Assembly: GCA_963731035.1 (NCBI GenBank)
Contig: CAVSUY010000022.1
Location: 81,962 to 145,961 of the forward strand
Origin: an uncultured Gammaproteobacteria bacterium
GTDB taxonomy: Bacteria > Pseudomonadota > Gammaproteobacteria > Arenicellales > JAANXG01
Direction of reading: 5' to 3'
Length of the DNA: 64,000 nucleotides
Shown here one piece after another: positions 18,231-28,620 of the stretch. Every line of letters starts with the position of its first letter. Within the stretch, counting starts at the first letter, position 1. The position numbers were made by a program, and so were the translations under genes. The notes under the pieces are model-generated. The model saw only the letters and a list, made by a program, of their open reading frames with translations. It was not told the origin of the DNA and searched no databases.

Positions 18231-19814
18231 GTGCGCCGGCCCCGTGTAGCGAAGGCTGAATCCCGGATGATGAACCCTCGGCGTGTTATGAGCACGTTGC
18301 CTTCCTGGGGACGCAGATGGCCTCTGCCTCCCATGTTCCGGCTGGTATGCCTCCTGTTGCTTCTGGCCTTTGCCTTCCAGGGCACACGCGCGTTGTGGAG
18401 CACGGACGAAGGGCGCTATACGGGCAATGCGCTGCAGATGATTGATTCCGGCAACTACCTGGTGCCGGCCTACAGCCCTGATCGCCTGAACTTCACCAAG
18501 CCGCCCATGACCTATTGGGTGATCGCCTCGGTAATCAGGCTATTCGGCCACAACACCTGGGCGGTGCGCGCCCCCTATGCGCTGGCCTTCGTGCTCACGG
18601 CGCTGCTCTTGTGCGGCATGGGCCGGCGACTGATACCCGACAAGCCGTGGCTGCCGGGATTGATTTATGGCTGTTCCCTCGGCCCGTTCCTTGCCGCAAG
18701 TGTGGTCAGCACGGACGTCTTGCTGGCTTTCTTCGAGGCACTGGCCATGTTCGGTTTCGTCGCGGCGGAACTCCCGAGCCGCGGGAAAAGAGAGGCGCCT
18801 TATCTGTGGCTGATGTGGCTCGGATTCGGTCTGGCCTTTCTGACCAAGGGCCCACCGGGGCTGGTGCCGCTGCTGGCCATCGTGCCCTTCATCGCGGTAC
18901 GCGATGGGCGGCGGGGACTGGGTCGCATATTTTCTCCCGGCCCCTTGACCATGTTCCTGGTGGTGGGCTTGCTGTGGTACGTGGTTGTCATGCTGCGCTA
19001 CCCCTGGCTGTTTCACTACTTCATCAACTATGAAATCTACGGTCGCCTGTTCACGTCGATCAATGAGCGCAATGCCGAGTGGTATGGCTGGATAGTAGCC
19101 TATGGGCCGGCGCTCACCCTCGGCACGCTTCCCTGGTGGCCGGCATTGGCCCGGGGCGTCCCCACGGTCATCTCGGCACAACGCTGGCGGTCATGGCGAC
19201 ACAAGCCTTCGACCGCTTTTTTCCTCCTGCTGTGGCTGCTGATTCCGCTGGCAGTGTTCTGCCTTTCGCGATCAAGGCTGACGTTGTATGTCCTGCCGCT
19301 GTTCCAGCCCCTGGCGCTGATGCTGGCTCTGGAGCTGCACAGCCGGATTGACCTGACCCGGGCCGGCCAGCGAACCCTGCTGGTGCTGTGGGTGCTGGTC
19401 CTGATCGCTTTCAAGGGCGGAATCGGTTTGTTCCTACACCCGGACAGGGACAACCGCGTATGGGCGCAGCTTCTGGATCGCGCGACTCGCGGCGCTCCCT
19501 ACTCGGCCCTGGTCTTCCTGTGGAATACTGACAGCAGCGTGACGATCGAGGAGCGCACGCCCTGGGGAATACGCTTTTACATACACAGGCCGGTTTACGG
19601 CATCGCGTGGCAGGCGTCCGGCGGACCGGACAAGATCTGCGCCCGGCTGCGTGACTATGATGCCGTGCTGTTTGCGGTGTACGGGGACATCAGTCCGGGC
19701 GCCTTCGGTGCCACGGTGACTCGATGTGAATCATCGACGCAGGCGCGGATAACAGCGCGGGGCGTATGGCGGGATACGAGGCTGTTCCTGGTCCAGGGTT
19801 CGGGGAGTCATTGA
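18231..19814 (+). CDS. GT39/ArnT-like (PMT family) membrane glycosyltransferase
   Basis: 527 aa, polytopic. The N-terminal TDEGRYTGNALQMIDSGNYLVPAY...FTKPPMTYW motif matches the ArnT/PMT family. The start codon is uncertain. Confidence 0.75.
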   Translation: MRRPRVAKAESRMMNPRRVMSTLPSWGRRWPLPPMFRLVCLLLLLAFAFQGTRALWSTDEGRYTGNALQMIDSGNYLVPAYSPDRLNFTKPPMTYWVIASVIRLFGHNTWAVRAPYALAFVLTALLLCGMGRRLIPDKPWLPGLIYGCSLGPFLAASVVSTDVLLAFFEALAMFGFVAAELPSRGKREAPYLWLMWLGFGLAFLTKGPPGLVPLLAIVPFIAVRDGRRGLGRIFSPGPLTMFLVVGLLWYVVVMLRYPWLFHYFINYEIYGRLFTSINERNAEWYGWIVAYGPALTLGTLPWWPALARGVPTVISAQRWRSWRHKPSTAFFLLLWLLIPLAVFCLSRSRLTLYVLPLFQPLALMLALELHSRIDLTRAGQRTLLVLWVLVLIAFKGGIGLFLHPDRDNRVWAQLLDRATRGAPYSALVFLWNTDSSVTIEERTPWGIRFYIHRPVYGIAWQASGGPDKICARLRDYDAVLFAVYGDISPGAFGATVTRCESSTQARITARGVWRDTRLFLVQGSGSH

Positions 19815-19850
19815 AAACAGGCTTGTGCGGGACTGGCAGCTTGTTTTCAA
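19811..19850. terminator. Hairpin between convergent genes, possibly a bidirectional terminator
   Basis: TTGAAAACAGGCT ... AGCTTGTTTTCAA forms a 13-bp stem with one G:T pair. It overlaps the GT39 stop and lies 20 nt from the asnB stop. Confidence 0.45.
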
Positions 19851-19870
19851 CAGCCTGCTAGCGTACGTCA

Positions 19871-21760
19871 CTAGAGACAGGCGGCCTGCTCCGCCTCCAC
19901 ATCCACGTTCAGTGGCTGGCGTTGGCTGGCCCACTCCAGCCATTGGCTGAGCACAATAAGGTTCCAAAGGGCACGCGAGTGGTCACTGACGCGGGAGCGA
20001 TGCTCTGAAAGAAGCTGCAAAGCCACTGCGCTGTCGACACCCGCACCGTCCAATAGAGTGCTGGACAGCCTGCTTTCCGCCCATTCGAACAACGGTCCAC
20101 GCAGCCAGGCGGTGAGGGGGACGGATAGCCCGCGCTTGCGACGGTGAACCACCGACCGTGGCAGATACCGCAGGGCATAGCGCTTCAAGAACGCCTTGGT
20201 GGTCAAACCGCGCACGCGCTCCGATACGGGCAGGGTGGCCGCGAATTCGATGATTTCCTGATCCAGAAAGGGGGCCCTGAGCTCGACAGCGTGGCGCATC
20301 CCGCCGCGGTCCGCCTTGGCCATCAGGGCTTCCGGCAGGGGATTCTCGAAATCATAGAGCTGCGCCTGATCCAGCGGGTCCATGGACCCGCAGCTCGTAG
20401 GCACCGCAGGGGGCGCTACGCCCAGCCTCTTCAAGAGCCCGGGCTGTATGTTGGCCGTCCACAGTAAGTGGCGCTCCAGGCCGTCCAGTTCCTGACCCTG
20501 GACAAACCGTTTCAGGAGAAAGGAAACAGTCACCTTCTTATCGCTGACTGGCAGGCGCAGAACCAGGCTGCGAAAAGCAGTCCTCAGCGACCAGGGCAAC
20601 CCGTCGTAGCGCCCCGCAAAACGGGCGCCCAGATAAGTCGGATAGCCGCCGAAGAGCTCATCCGCGCCTTCTCCGGCCAGGACGAAGCGCAGGTCCCGGG
20701 ATGCTCGCCTGGCAATCAGGGAAAGTGGTATCCAGGCCGGGTCTGCCAAAGGCTCTCCCGTTGTGGCAATCAGATCCCGGAGCGTGTCCGGGAGGTCATC
20801 GGCGGTTACCGTGACCGGCACGCACCTGCAACCCAGAAACGCGGCCACACTTGCGGCCTGTTCGCCTTCGTCAAAAGAGTCCTCTGAAAACCGAATGGTG
20901 TAAGCGGTAGGCCTTCTTTCGGGCCGGACGCTGCACGCCACCGCCGCCACCAGCGCGGAGTCGATGCCCCCGCTCAGGAGCACGCCGTAATCCACCTCGA
21001 TATCGCTTTGCCTGGAGACGGCGGCGCGGAACAGTTTGTCGAACGACTGCGTGTCGGGTTTGGATTTAGTGGTTCTGCCGATGGGGCTTCGCCAGTAGCG
21101 CCGCCGCTCGATGCCATGTTTTCCATACAGGATCATCTCGCCCGGCCGTACCTTGTACACGTCGGTGAAGGGACTGCGCGGCGCGGGGTGGTATCCGCCC
21201 TTGAGGTAGTGGCCCACCGCCGCGGCATCGATCTCCGGAAGGTGCGTCTGAGCGGCGTTCAGTGCTGCCAGCTCCGTGGCAAAGCAAAAGGCGTCGTCGG
21301 TGCGTCTGTAGTAGAGATAGCGCTCGCCCACCCGATCGCGGGCAAGGATCAGGCGCTGTAGGTTCGGGTCCCATAAGGCTATGGCGAAGACCCCGCACAG
21401 GTGCTCCACGAAAGCGGTGCCCATCTCGACGTAGAGGGCTGGAATGACCGCCACGTCCGTGCTGCGGGAGATTCTATGTCCCCGCTTTTCCAGCCGGGCG
21501 CGCAGCTCGCGGTGATTGTCGATTTCACCATTGCACGCCACCATCACCCCCGAGTCGTGCTCAAGCAGGGGAGGCAAGTCGTCGCTCAATCCCCGGATAG
21601 CCAGGCGGTTGGCGCCCATGGCCATGGTCGATTCGACGCGTATGTGAGAGCTGTCCGGCCCCCTATGGGCCATGGCCCGAAGCATCTCGGCAGTCTGCTT
21701 TCGCAAGCCATGCGAGCTGGTTCTAGGGTTCAGTGAGATCGCGCCGCAGATGCCGCACAT
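19871..21760 (-). CDS. asnB: Asparagine synthase (glutamine-hydrolysing)
   Basis: Starts MCGI (Ntn nucleophile Cys2). SGGIDS pyrophosphatase motif. 629 aa. Confidence 0.9.
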   Translation of the reverse strand: MCGICGAISLNPRTSSHGLRKQTAEMLRAMAHRGPDSSHIRVESTMAMGANRLAIRGLSDDLPPLLEHDSGVMVACNGEIDNHRELRARLEKRGHRISRSTDVAVIPALYVEMGTAFVEHLCGVFAIALWDPNLQRLILARDRVGERYLYYRRTDDAFCFATELAALNAAQTHLPEIDAAAVGHYLKGGYHPAPRSPFTDVYKVRPGEMILYGKHGIERRRYWRSPIGRTTKSKPDTQSFDKLFRAAVSRQSDIEVDYGVLLSGGIDSALVAAVACSVRPERRPTAYTIRFSEDSFDEGEQAASVAAFLGCRCVPVTVTADDLPDTLRDLIATTGEPLADPAWIPLSLIARRASRDLRFVLAGEGADELFGGYPTYLGARFAGRYDGLPWSLRTAFRSLVLRLPVSDKKVTVSFLLKRFVQGQELDGLERHLLWTANIQPGLLKRLGVAPPAVPTSCGSMDPLDQAQLYDFENPLPEALMAKADRGGMRHAVELRAPFLDQEIIEFAATLPVSERVRGLTTKAFLKRYALRYLPRSVVHRRKRGLSVPLTAWLRGPLFEWAESRLSSTLLDGAGVDSAVALQLLSEHRSRVSDHSRALWNLIVLSQWLEWASQRQPLNVDVEAEQAACL

Positions 21761-21909
21761 AGGAAATTATTCGAAATAGAGGATCACGGGGATCGAGGCG
21801 CAGCCTTGTGTTTCATGTTAAGGAAGGACATCGCATGTTGCGCCCTCGAAACGCTGAGCAGGGAGTATTTTACATGAAACCGTCAGCGTATGAGCGCGCG
21901 TCAATGCGA

Positions 21910-22659
21910 CTAATCCCGCTGCTTGCCGGGGGCATGTTTCACCGGAATCGGGATCCCCTGAAGATCCTCCAGGTACATCTTGAAGCGCCGTCCTTTGGCC
22001 ACGTAGTCGATACGGGCCGGCAAGCCGCCCAGGTCGCGCACCAGGTAAACATCCAACCCGCGGCTCGGATCCCCCCCCGCCCGGCGCATGTGCCGCGCCT
22101 GCCACTTGCGGCCCATGACCTCTACGCTCGCCGTTCCCATGTCCCGGGTGCGATAGTGCCGCGACTTGCCGTGCTCGTCCACCAGCGTATATTCCCCGTC
22201 CAGATGTCCGCGACGGAAATCGTGGATGATCTGCAGCAGCAATCCGGCGGGATCCAGCGCGCCGGGTGGCGGGTCGATCCGATGCTCGCCTTCGGGTGTG
22301 ATGACCCTCGGTCGATTACCGAGCACGATCACGTCGGTCTGCCAGCCATCGTCCGAGTGGACCCGGCGTTCGTAGCGCTCCGGACGCGGACCGTCCGGCG
22401 TCCAGCGCCCTTCGCTTCGCTCGACCACCCGTTTGTCGGAGAACAGGCGCACCAGCCCCGATGGATCGGAATCGCTCTCATAGCGGTAGCGGCCGGCCGG
22501 CAGCCTGTCGAAGGTCAACCGATATTCGCCGAGCGGGAAGATTCCATAGGTCGCCTCGTAGCGCGCTTTGAAAGCGTTCATAGCCTCCGCCCGCCCCGCC
22601 ACCATGCAGACCATGGTCATGGCGGCGATCAACACCGTGATTCTCGCTACCTTGGACAT
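21910..22659 (-). CDS. DUF3108-like secreted protein
   Basis: ATG at 22659 follows AAAGAGG. Signal peptide MSKVARITVLIAAMTMVCMVAGRAEA. The composition is beta-rich. Confidence 0.55.
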   Translation of the reverse strand: MSKVARITVLIAAMTMVCMVAGRAEAMNAFKARYEATYGIFPLGEYRLTFDRLPAGRYRYESDSDPSGLVRLFSDKRVVERSEGRWTPDGPRPERYERRVHSDDGWQTDVIVLGNRPRVITPEGEHRIDPPPGALDPAGLLLQIIHDFRRGHLDGEYTLVDEHGKSRHYRTRDMGTASVEVMGRKWQARHMRRAGGDPSRGLDVYLVRDLGGLPARIDYVAKGRRFKMYLEDLQGIPIPVKHAPGKQRD

Positions 22660-22760
22660 CGGCGCCTCTTTGGTGGGGGCGGATTGACAAAGCCGTATAC
22701 CGAGGCAGGCGGCCAGCCCGTCCCGAACGTCAGGACATATGGTAACCGATGCTCCCGGGC

Positions 22761-23828
22761 TCACTGCCGCCTGAGCAGGAACAGCCCGATGAGAAAGAAC
22801 ACCGCGGTGGGTATCACCGCCCCCAGCATCGGAGGTATATCGGACACCAGCACCACATAGCCGAAGCCTTTGTCGAAGGCGAAGTACACCAGACCCAGCA
22901 TGATGCCGAAGAACAGGTTGCGCCCGAAGCTGCCGGTGCGCACTTGGGAGAACACGAAGGGAATGGCCAGGATCACCATCACCGCCGTCGCCACCGGCGT
23001 CATAATCTTATGCCAGTAGGCCAGCTCGTAGGAGCTGGTATCCTGATTGTTCTCCTGCAGGTGCGAGATGTAGCGGTGGAGTTGCCAGGCGGAGAGCTGG
23101 TCCGGCCGGATCATGAACACCGCCAGGATCTCGGGGGTCACGTCGGTGGTCCAGTAGGCGGCTTTCACTTCCTTGGATTCGGCCCCGGACCGGTCCTCGT
23201 TGATCAGGGTCTGCTGTATGCCCGCCAGGCGCCACCGCTGGTTCTCATAGGTCCCCTGGTCGGCGTAGACCAGCGACCGCAACCGTCCCTCGTTGTCGAA
23301 CTCGAAGATGCGCACGTTCAACAGCGACAGATCCGGCAGCACCTCCCCCACGTTGACGTAGGTCATGCCATCCCGCATCCAGATACCGTAATCCGTCTGT
23401 TGGCTGATGTCCTCCTGCATCGCCTCCGCCCGGTCCCGCTGGGCCGCGGTCTCGCTCCACGGGGTCACCAACTCGCCGATCAGCATGGCGGCGATAGCGA
23501 GGACGGCGCCGATCTTGAACACGGAGCCGATCATGCGGACGATGGACACGCCAGCGGCCCGCATCACGACCAGCTCGGAATCCACGGCCAGCGATGACAG
23601 GCCCAGGATGGCGCCCAGCAGCGCCGCCATCGGAAACACCTCGTAGACGATCTTCGGCACCGAGTACAGCGTGAAGCGGACCACGTCCAGCATCCCGTAG
23701 TTGCCCGTTCCGACGTCCCCGATCTGATCGATGAATGTAATGAACACGAACAGGCCGACCAGCACCGCCAGCACCATGGCGGTTTGGTACAGGATCACGC
23801 GGCCTATGTAGAAGTCCAGAATGCGCAT
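22761..23828 (-). CDS. lptG: LPS export ABC permease LptG
   Basis: MRILDFYIGRVIL... N-terminus, 355 aa, six predicted TM helices, directly downstream of lptF. Confidence 0.9.
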   Translation of the reverse strand: MRILDFYIGRVILYQTAMVLAVLVGLFVFITFIDQIGDVGTGNYGMLDVVRFTLYSVPKIVYEVFPMAALLGAILGLSSLAVDSELVVMRAAGVSIVRMIGSVFKIGAVLAIAAMLIGELVTPWSETAAQRDRAEAMQEDISQQTDYGIWMRDGMTYVNVGEVLPDLSLLNVRIFEFDNEGRLRSLVYADQGTYENQRWRLAGIQQTLINEDRSGAESKEVKAAYWTTDVTPEILAVFMIRPDQLSAWQLHRYISHLQENNQDTSSYELAYWHKIMTPVATAVMVILAIPFVFSQVRTGSFGRNLFFGIMLGLVYFAFDKGFGYVVLVSDIPPMLGAVIPTAVFFLIGLFLLRRQ

Positions 23829-23834
23829 CGTGGG

Positions 23835-24935
23835 TCAGGACCGGCGCCACCTCAGCCTGGGGAGGGGAACCAACGGCAGGTTCCGCGCCCTGCGGTAGAA
23901 CAGGACCAGCGCGATGAACAGGAACGCTCCGTGGATGGCCCACAGGCCGATTCTGGGGTCGAGGTCGCCCTTGCTGATCATGCCGACGGCGAAGCCCAGT
24001 AAGTTCGCGTAAACGAAGTAAGAAAGGAACGCCAGGATCATGCCCGGCAGCTGACTCTGGCGGGGAGGCGTAAAGCTGAACGTAAGAGCGAGCAGTCCGA
24101 GAACCGGTACCACCAGCACCTTGGAGATGCGCCATTGCAATTCGCTGACCAGGATGGGATTCGAGTCACCGGCGATCACCAGGGTCGATCTGCCTATCAC
24201 CGGCCCGCGCACCGGTCGTGGCTCCTCCGGCTCTATGCGGAGCGCGTAGGTCTCGAAATCGACGATGCGATAGTCAGGCTGCCCCGGCCGCCCCTCATAG
24301 CGGGTGCCGTTGGTCAGAACCAGAAACTTGTCGCCGGTCAGCTTGTCGGTGCGCGCAAACGCGTACTTGCTGACCACCACCCCTTCCTTGCCGAACGACG
24401 ACTTGTACACGAACACGTTCTCATAGCGATTCGCCTCCTTGTCGTAATGCTCCACGAAGTACACACCGCGACCCTGCCGGGTCTCCATGAAGACCCCCGG
24501 AACCACTCCGCTGATGTCATCATGGCTACGGTAGTCCATCTCGATCTTCCAGCCGGCCATGTTCGCCTTCGGGGTGAGATAGAACGAAAACGCGGCGACG
24601 ATGGCGCCCATGATGAGCACCAGCACAGCAAGGGGTTTCAGGAAGTTGAACAGGCTGACCCCGCAGGCGGACAGGACCGCCATCTCGTTTTCGCGGCTCC
24701 AGCGGCCCATCACCATGAGGATTGCGATATACAACATCAACGGCAGTATGACGTCGGCGTAGGCCACCAGCTTCAGCAGCAGCAGGACCAGGATGCTGTG
24801 GACCGGGATATCGCCGTGCGCCGCCTGTTGCAGGAAGCCCAGCACGCGCATGACCAGGAAAATCGACACGATCACCACGGTCACGGCGCCGCTGGTGCGC
24901 AGCACTTCGCTGACCATGGCTCGGTTAATAATCAT
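23835..24935 (-). CDS. lptF: LPS export ABC permease LptF
   Basis: ATG at 24935 gives MIINRAMVSEVLRT. Divergent from pepA, the classical arrangement. Confidence 0.9.
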   Translation of the reverse strand: MIINRAMVSEVLRTSGAVTVVIVSIFLVMRVLGFLQQAAHGDIPVHSILVLLLLKLVAYADVILPLMLYIAILMVMGRWSRENEMAVLSACGVSLFNFLKPLAVLVLIMGAIVAAFSFYLTPKANMAGWKIEMDYRSHDDISGVVPGVFMETRQGRGVYFVEHYDKEANRYENVFVYKSSFGKEGVVVSKYAFARTDKLTGDKFLVLTNGTRYEGRPGQPDYRIVDFETYALRIEPEEPRPVRGPVIGRSTLVIAGDSNPILVSELQWRISKVLVVPVLGLLALTFSFTPPRQSQLPGMILAFLSYFVYANLLGFAVGMISKGDLDPRIGLWAIHGAFLFIALVLFYRRARNLPLVPLPRLRWRRS

Positions 24936-25222
24936 GCGCGCGACGAGGGAGCTCTTGGATGACTGAATCCAGGGTTGTCCTGCGAGGAGTCCGGCGGACA
25001 TTCGAAACGAGCTATCCTACCGCTTTCCGTGCGCCGCGTCCGCGACACGTTCCTGCCCGGCGCCGCCGGGCCAAACACCCCTCGCCTGTTCACCCCAATG
25101 ATACATAACCCGATACCGCTTGTGAGTCGGAACGATGCCGGATTCCGCGACCCGCCGCGCTTTGACAACGCACACACGACAACGGAGAATCCAGACTTCA
25201 TGCGTAATTCTACAAAGCGACC

Positions 25223-26719
25223 ATGAAAATAACCGTCAAGGCCTGCAATCCGGATGCCCAGAAGGCGCATTGCGCCGTCATCGGCCTCACCGACTCCCGC
25301 ACCCTGTCCGATTTCACCAAAATGGTCGACCAGGCGATGGGCGGCGCGCTGAAGAAGCGCGTGGCCTCTGGCGATGTCACCGGCAAGAAGAACCAGGTTG
25401 CCACGCTCTATGAACCGACGGGCCTGGCCTGCGACCGCCTGGTGATCGTGGGTTTCGGCAAGCGCAACAAGCTGAGCCTGGCGGACTATCGCAAGGTTTG
25501 CCGTCGGGCGGCGGAAGCGGTCCGCAACAGCGGCTGCCGGAACGTATCTCTGTGGCTGCCCGAGATGGAGGTCAGGCAGGCGGACATCGAACAGACCAGC
25601 CGCCACCTCACTGAAGCGCTGCTCGACGCCTGGTATCGGTTTGACGAATTGAAGAGCGAGCCGGGCGACGACAAGGCGCCGCAGCAGGTCACTATATGCG
25701 TGTCCGACAAACGCCACCTGAACAAAACCAAGGCCGGCGTAAGAGTCGGCGAAGCCGTCGGCCACGGCATGCAGGCTGCCCGCCGGCTGGCGGACCTGCC
25801 CGGCAACATTTGTACCCCCGCGTTCCTGGCGAGCGAGGCGCGCAAGCTGCAGCGCAGCCATAAGCTGAAGATTCATGTCCTGGACGACAAGGACATGAAG
25901 CGCCTGGGCATGGGCGCGCTGCTGTCTGTGGCCCGGGGCAGCCGGCAGTCGCCGCGGCTGATCACGATGGAGTACAGCGGCGGCAAGAAGTCGGATGCGC
26001 CTGTCGCACTGGTCGGCAAGGGCATCACATTCGACGCCGGCGGCATTTCCATCAAGCCCGCCGCCGCTATGGATGAGATGAAGTACGACATGTGCGGTGC
26101 CGCGAGTGTGTTCGGAGCGTTGATCGCGGCCTCGGAGCTGAATCTGCCGGTAAACGTGGTGGGCGTGATCCCCAGTGCCGAGAACCTGCCGGACGGCAAT
26201 GCCAACAAGCCCGGTGACATCGTCAAGAGCATGTCCGGGCAAACCGTCGAGGTTCTCAACACGGACGCCGAGGGGCGGCTTATACTGTGCGACGCCTTGA
26301 CCTACACCGCCCAGTACAAGCCGGACGTCGTCATCGACATCGCCACCCTTACCGGCGCCTGCGTGGTGGCCCTCGGCCACTACGCGAGCGGGCTCATGAC
26401 TAACAACCAGAGGCTTGGCGACCAGATCGTTCAGGCCGGTGAACGCAGCCTCGACCGCGTCTGGAAGCTGCCCTTATGGGACGACTACCAGGCATCCCTG
26501 GACAGCAATTTCGCCGACATGGCCAACATTGGTGGACGGTCCGCCGGCGCCATCACCGCCGGCTGCTTTCTGTCGCGATTCACCAAGGAGTTCAAGTGGG
26601 CGCACCTGGATATCGCCGGCACAGCCTGGAACAGCGGCGGCAAGGACAAGGGTGCCACGGGCCGCGTCGTGCCCCTGCTGTCCCAGTACCTGATCGATCG
26701 CAGCCCGAAACGCCGGTGA
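25223..26719 (+). CDS. pepA: Leucyl aminopeptidase (M17)
   Basis: VGKGITFDAGGISIKP and NTDAEGRLILCDAL motifs. 498 aa. Confidence 0.95.
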   Translation: MKITVKACNPDAQKAHCAVIGLTDSRTLSDFTKMVDQAMGGALKKRVASGDVTGKKNQVATLYEPTGLACDRLVIVGFGKRNKLSLADYRKVCRRAAEAVRNSGCRNVSLWLPEMEVRQADIEQTSRHLTEALLDAWYRFDELKSEPGDDKAPQQVTICVSDKRHLNKTKAGVRVGEAVGHGMQAARRLADLPGNICTPAFLASEARKLQRSHKLKIHVLDDKDMKRLGMGALLSVARGSRQSPRLITMEYSGGKKSDAPVALVGKGITFDAGGISIKPAAAMDEMKYDMCGAASVFGALIAASELNLPVNVVGVIPSAENLPDGNANKPGDIVKSMSGQTVEVLNTDAEGRLILCDALTYTAQYKPDVVIDIATLTGACVVALGHYASGLMTNNQRLGDQIVQAGERSLDRVWKLPLWDDYQASLDSNFADMANIGGRSAGAITAGCFLSRFTKEFKWAHLDIAGTAWNSGGKDKGATGRVVPLLSQYLIDRSPKRR

Positions 26720-27147
26720 CATTGGAGCGCGTTGACTTCTACGTGTTGAACCAGAGTGTGCCGGACGGCAAGCTGCGGGCGGCCTGCCGCCTGGCCAGGA
26801 AGGCCGTCGCCCAAGGCTACACGGCTTATGTGCGGATCGCCGATTCACAGACGGCCGCGCGTCTCGACGACCTGATGTGGACCTTCGATCAGGGCAGCTT
26901 CGTTCCCCACGCGCGGGACGGCGGCGGCGAGCCGGCACCCGTGGTCATCGGTCCCAACGCGCCTGGAGAGACGCCGCCGGACCTTCTCATCTCGCTGGCG
27001 GACCAAGTGCCCGAGTATCTCGATGCGTATCGACGCATCGCCGAGATCGTGGACCACACCGACACCGAAAGGCAGCTGGCACGGGAACGGTACAAGGTCT
27101 ACAAGGACCGTGGCTGCCAATTGGAAACCCATCACATCAACCCTTGA
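26716..27147 (+). CDS. holC: DNA polymerase III chi subunit
   Basis: GTG overlaps the pepA stop. VDFYVL...RLARKA...G..V.V...D...A..LD..MWTF pattern. About 143 aa. Confidence 0.8.
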   Translation: MTLERVDFYVLNQSVPDGKLRAACRLARKAVAQGYTAYVRIADSQTAARLDDLMWTFDQGSFVPHARDGGGEPAPVVIGPNAPGETPPDLLISLADQVPEYLDAYRRIAEIVDHTDTERQLARERYKVYKDRGCQLETHHINP

Positions 27148-27153
27148 ACCATC

Positions 27154-28620
27154 ATGTGGTTTAAACGGCGAAAGAAATCCGAACAGGACCATGCGCTGTC
27201 CCAGTCGCTGAAGTCTCTGCAGACCCTGCTCAACGACACAGGCCGGGTGGAACCCAGTCTGCAACGCCCCGATCCCGGGGCCGGGCACGAGGACGCCGAG
27301 AGTGACGGGGCACGCCGCCAGCCGCGCCTGTCTAGCCGGGAAGATTCGAACGGGGTCGATGAAGAACGCGGCGACGTGCGCCTCGGGAGCCCTGCCGGGT
27401 CCGCCCCCGCGACGTCCGATTCCGGCAACCGCTGGCAAGACCTGAACCTGAGCTTCGACGCCGAGTCCGTCGTGCCACGGCCGCGCCGCGGCAGCCAGGA
27501 TGACGAGCAGTCCCGGGACCATTCTCCCGAGTCCCAGCCGGCTCCCCAGGAAGCACCGGCCGACACCGAGCCGACCGACGAAGCCGCGCATGCCGACGAA
27601 GCCGAGCATGCCGACGAAGCCGAGCATGCCGACGAAGCCGAGCGTGCCGACGAGGCCGAGCACGCCGACGAGGCCGAGCACGCCGACGAGGCCGAGCACG
27701 CCGACGAGGCCGCGCACGCCGACGAGGCCGAGCATGCCGACGAGGCCGAGCACGCAGATCATGCCGAGAATGAAGCGTCCGCCGAGGAATCCCCTGCACG
27801 GCCGGCGGCTCCCGAGCCGAAACCCGGCCACGACACCGAGGAACCGGAAGGCTTAATAATCGAGGACTACGGCAGCCGCCCGGCGCTCGGGCCTGTCTTG
27901 GACCCGGATGCCCGCGAGGCGATAGACCAGCCCTCGGCATTGGATCTCAACGAGTTTGCCGGACCGAATCCGGGGGAGCCCGAGCTGGAGATCGATCTGG
28001 ATACGGACGACGAGGAAACGGCGGCGGCCGCATCAGCGCCGGTGGAAACGTCCGCTTCCGAGGAAATCCCGAGTGAGATCGAGGGCGAGGTGGAAGAAAT
28101 CGAAGTGCTGGCGCTGCCCGATAACGGCCTGGCCGAGGACGAACTGGAGGTCGAGCCCGCCAGCCCGGCACCTTCGCCGCCGGAGGAACCGGAAGAAGAC
28201 CAGCTGCACCTGGAACTCGAACCGACGGTCGTGAACGAAGACGACATCCCGACGCTCACCGATATCATCTACGTGCCGGACGAACCCGCTGCGAAAGCAC
28301 CCGCGCCCGAGCCCCAGGCCGCGCCCGAAGCCCAAGCCCCGCCCGAAGCCCAGGCCCCGCCCGAAGCCCAGGCCCCGCCCGAAACCCAGGCCCCGCCCGA
28401 AGCCCAGGTCTCACTCAAGCCGGTTCCCTCGGTCGAGCCGGAGCCCGGCCCGATACCCGAACCGGGCCCTGGACCCGATGAATCGCCCTACGACCAGGAC
28501 ATAGAGCGATGCCTCGAGCGCCTGCGGGTACGCTTGCAGTTGATGGGCCTGGGCGTGCTGTCCGCGGCGCAGGAGAAAGAACTGCACGACACGCTGGTCG
28601 AGTTCCTCGACGACAGATAA
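27154..28620 (+). CDS. Highly acidic, low-complexity tandem-repeat protein (ADEAEH and PEAQAP hexapeptide arrays)
   Basis: 488 aa. Basic N-terminus MWFKRRKK, long D/E/P/A-rich body with two in-frame 18-bp repeat arrays, and a structured-looking C-terminus ([38 protein letters not shown]). Confidence 0.7.
   Translation: MWFKRRKKSEQDHALSQSLKSLQTLLNDTGRVEPSLQRPDPGAGHEDAESDGARRQPRLSSREDSNGVDEERGDVRLGSPAGSAPATSDSGNRWQDLNLSFDAESVVPRPRRGSQDDEQSRDHSPESQPAPQEAPADTEPTDEAAHADEAEHADEAEHADEAERADEAEHADEAEHADEAEHADEAAHADEAEHADEAEHADHAENEASAEESPARPAAPEPKPGHDTEEPEGLIIEDYGSRPALGPVLDPDAREAIDQPSALDLNEFAGPNPGEPELEIDLDTDDEETAAAASAPVETSASEEIPSEIEGEVEEIEVLALPDNGLAEDELEVEPASPAPSPPEEPEEDQLHLELEPTVVNEDDIPTLTDIIYVPDEPAAKAPAPEPQAAPEAQAPPEAQAPPEAQAPPETQAPPEAQVSLKPVPSVEPEPGPIPEPGPGPDESPYDQDIERCLERLRVRLQLMGLGVLSAAQEKELHDTLVEFLDDR
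27574..27771 (+). repeat. About 11 tandem copies of an 18-bp unit (GCCGACGARGCCGAGCAY) encoding ADEAEH
   Basis: Read directly from the sequence. Units begin every 18 nt from 27574. The first and last units are degenerate. Confidence 0.9.
28306..28413 (+). repeat. Six tandem copies of an 18-bp unit (CCCGAAGCCCAGGCCCCG) encoding PEAQAP
   Basis: Read directly from the sequence. In frame within the 27154..28620 CDS. Confidence 0.9.

Noticed and set aside
27574-27771. Regular 18-bp tandem repeats considered as a possible CRISPR-like array
   Set aside because: The units are contiguous with no spacers. They are far shorter than CRISPR repeats, lie in frame within a CDS, and vary mostly at synonymous positions. 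They are coding minisatellite repeats.
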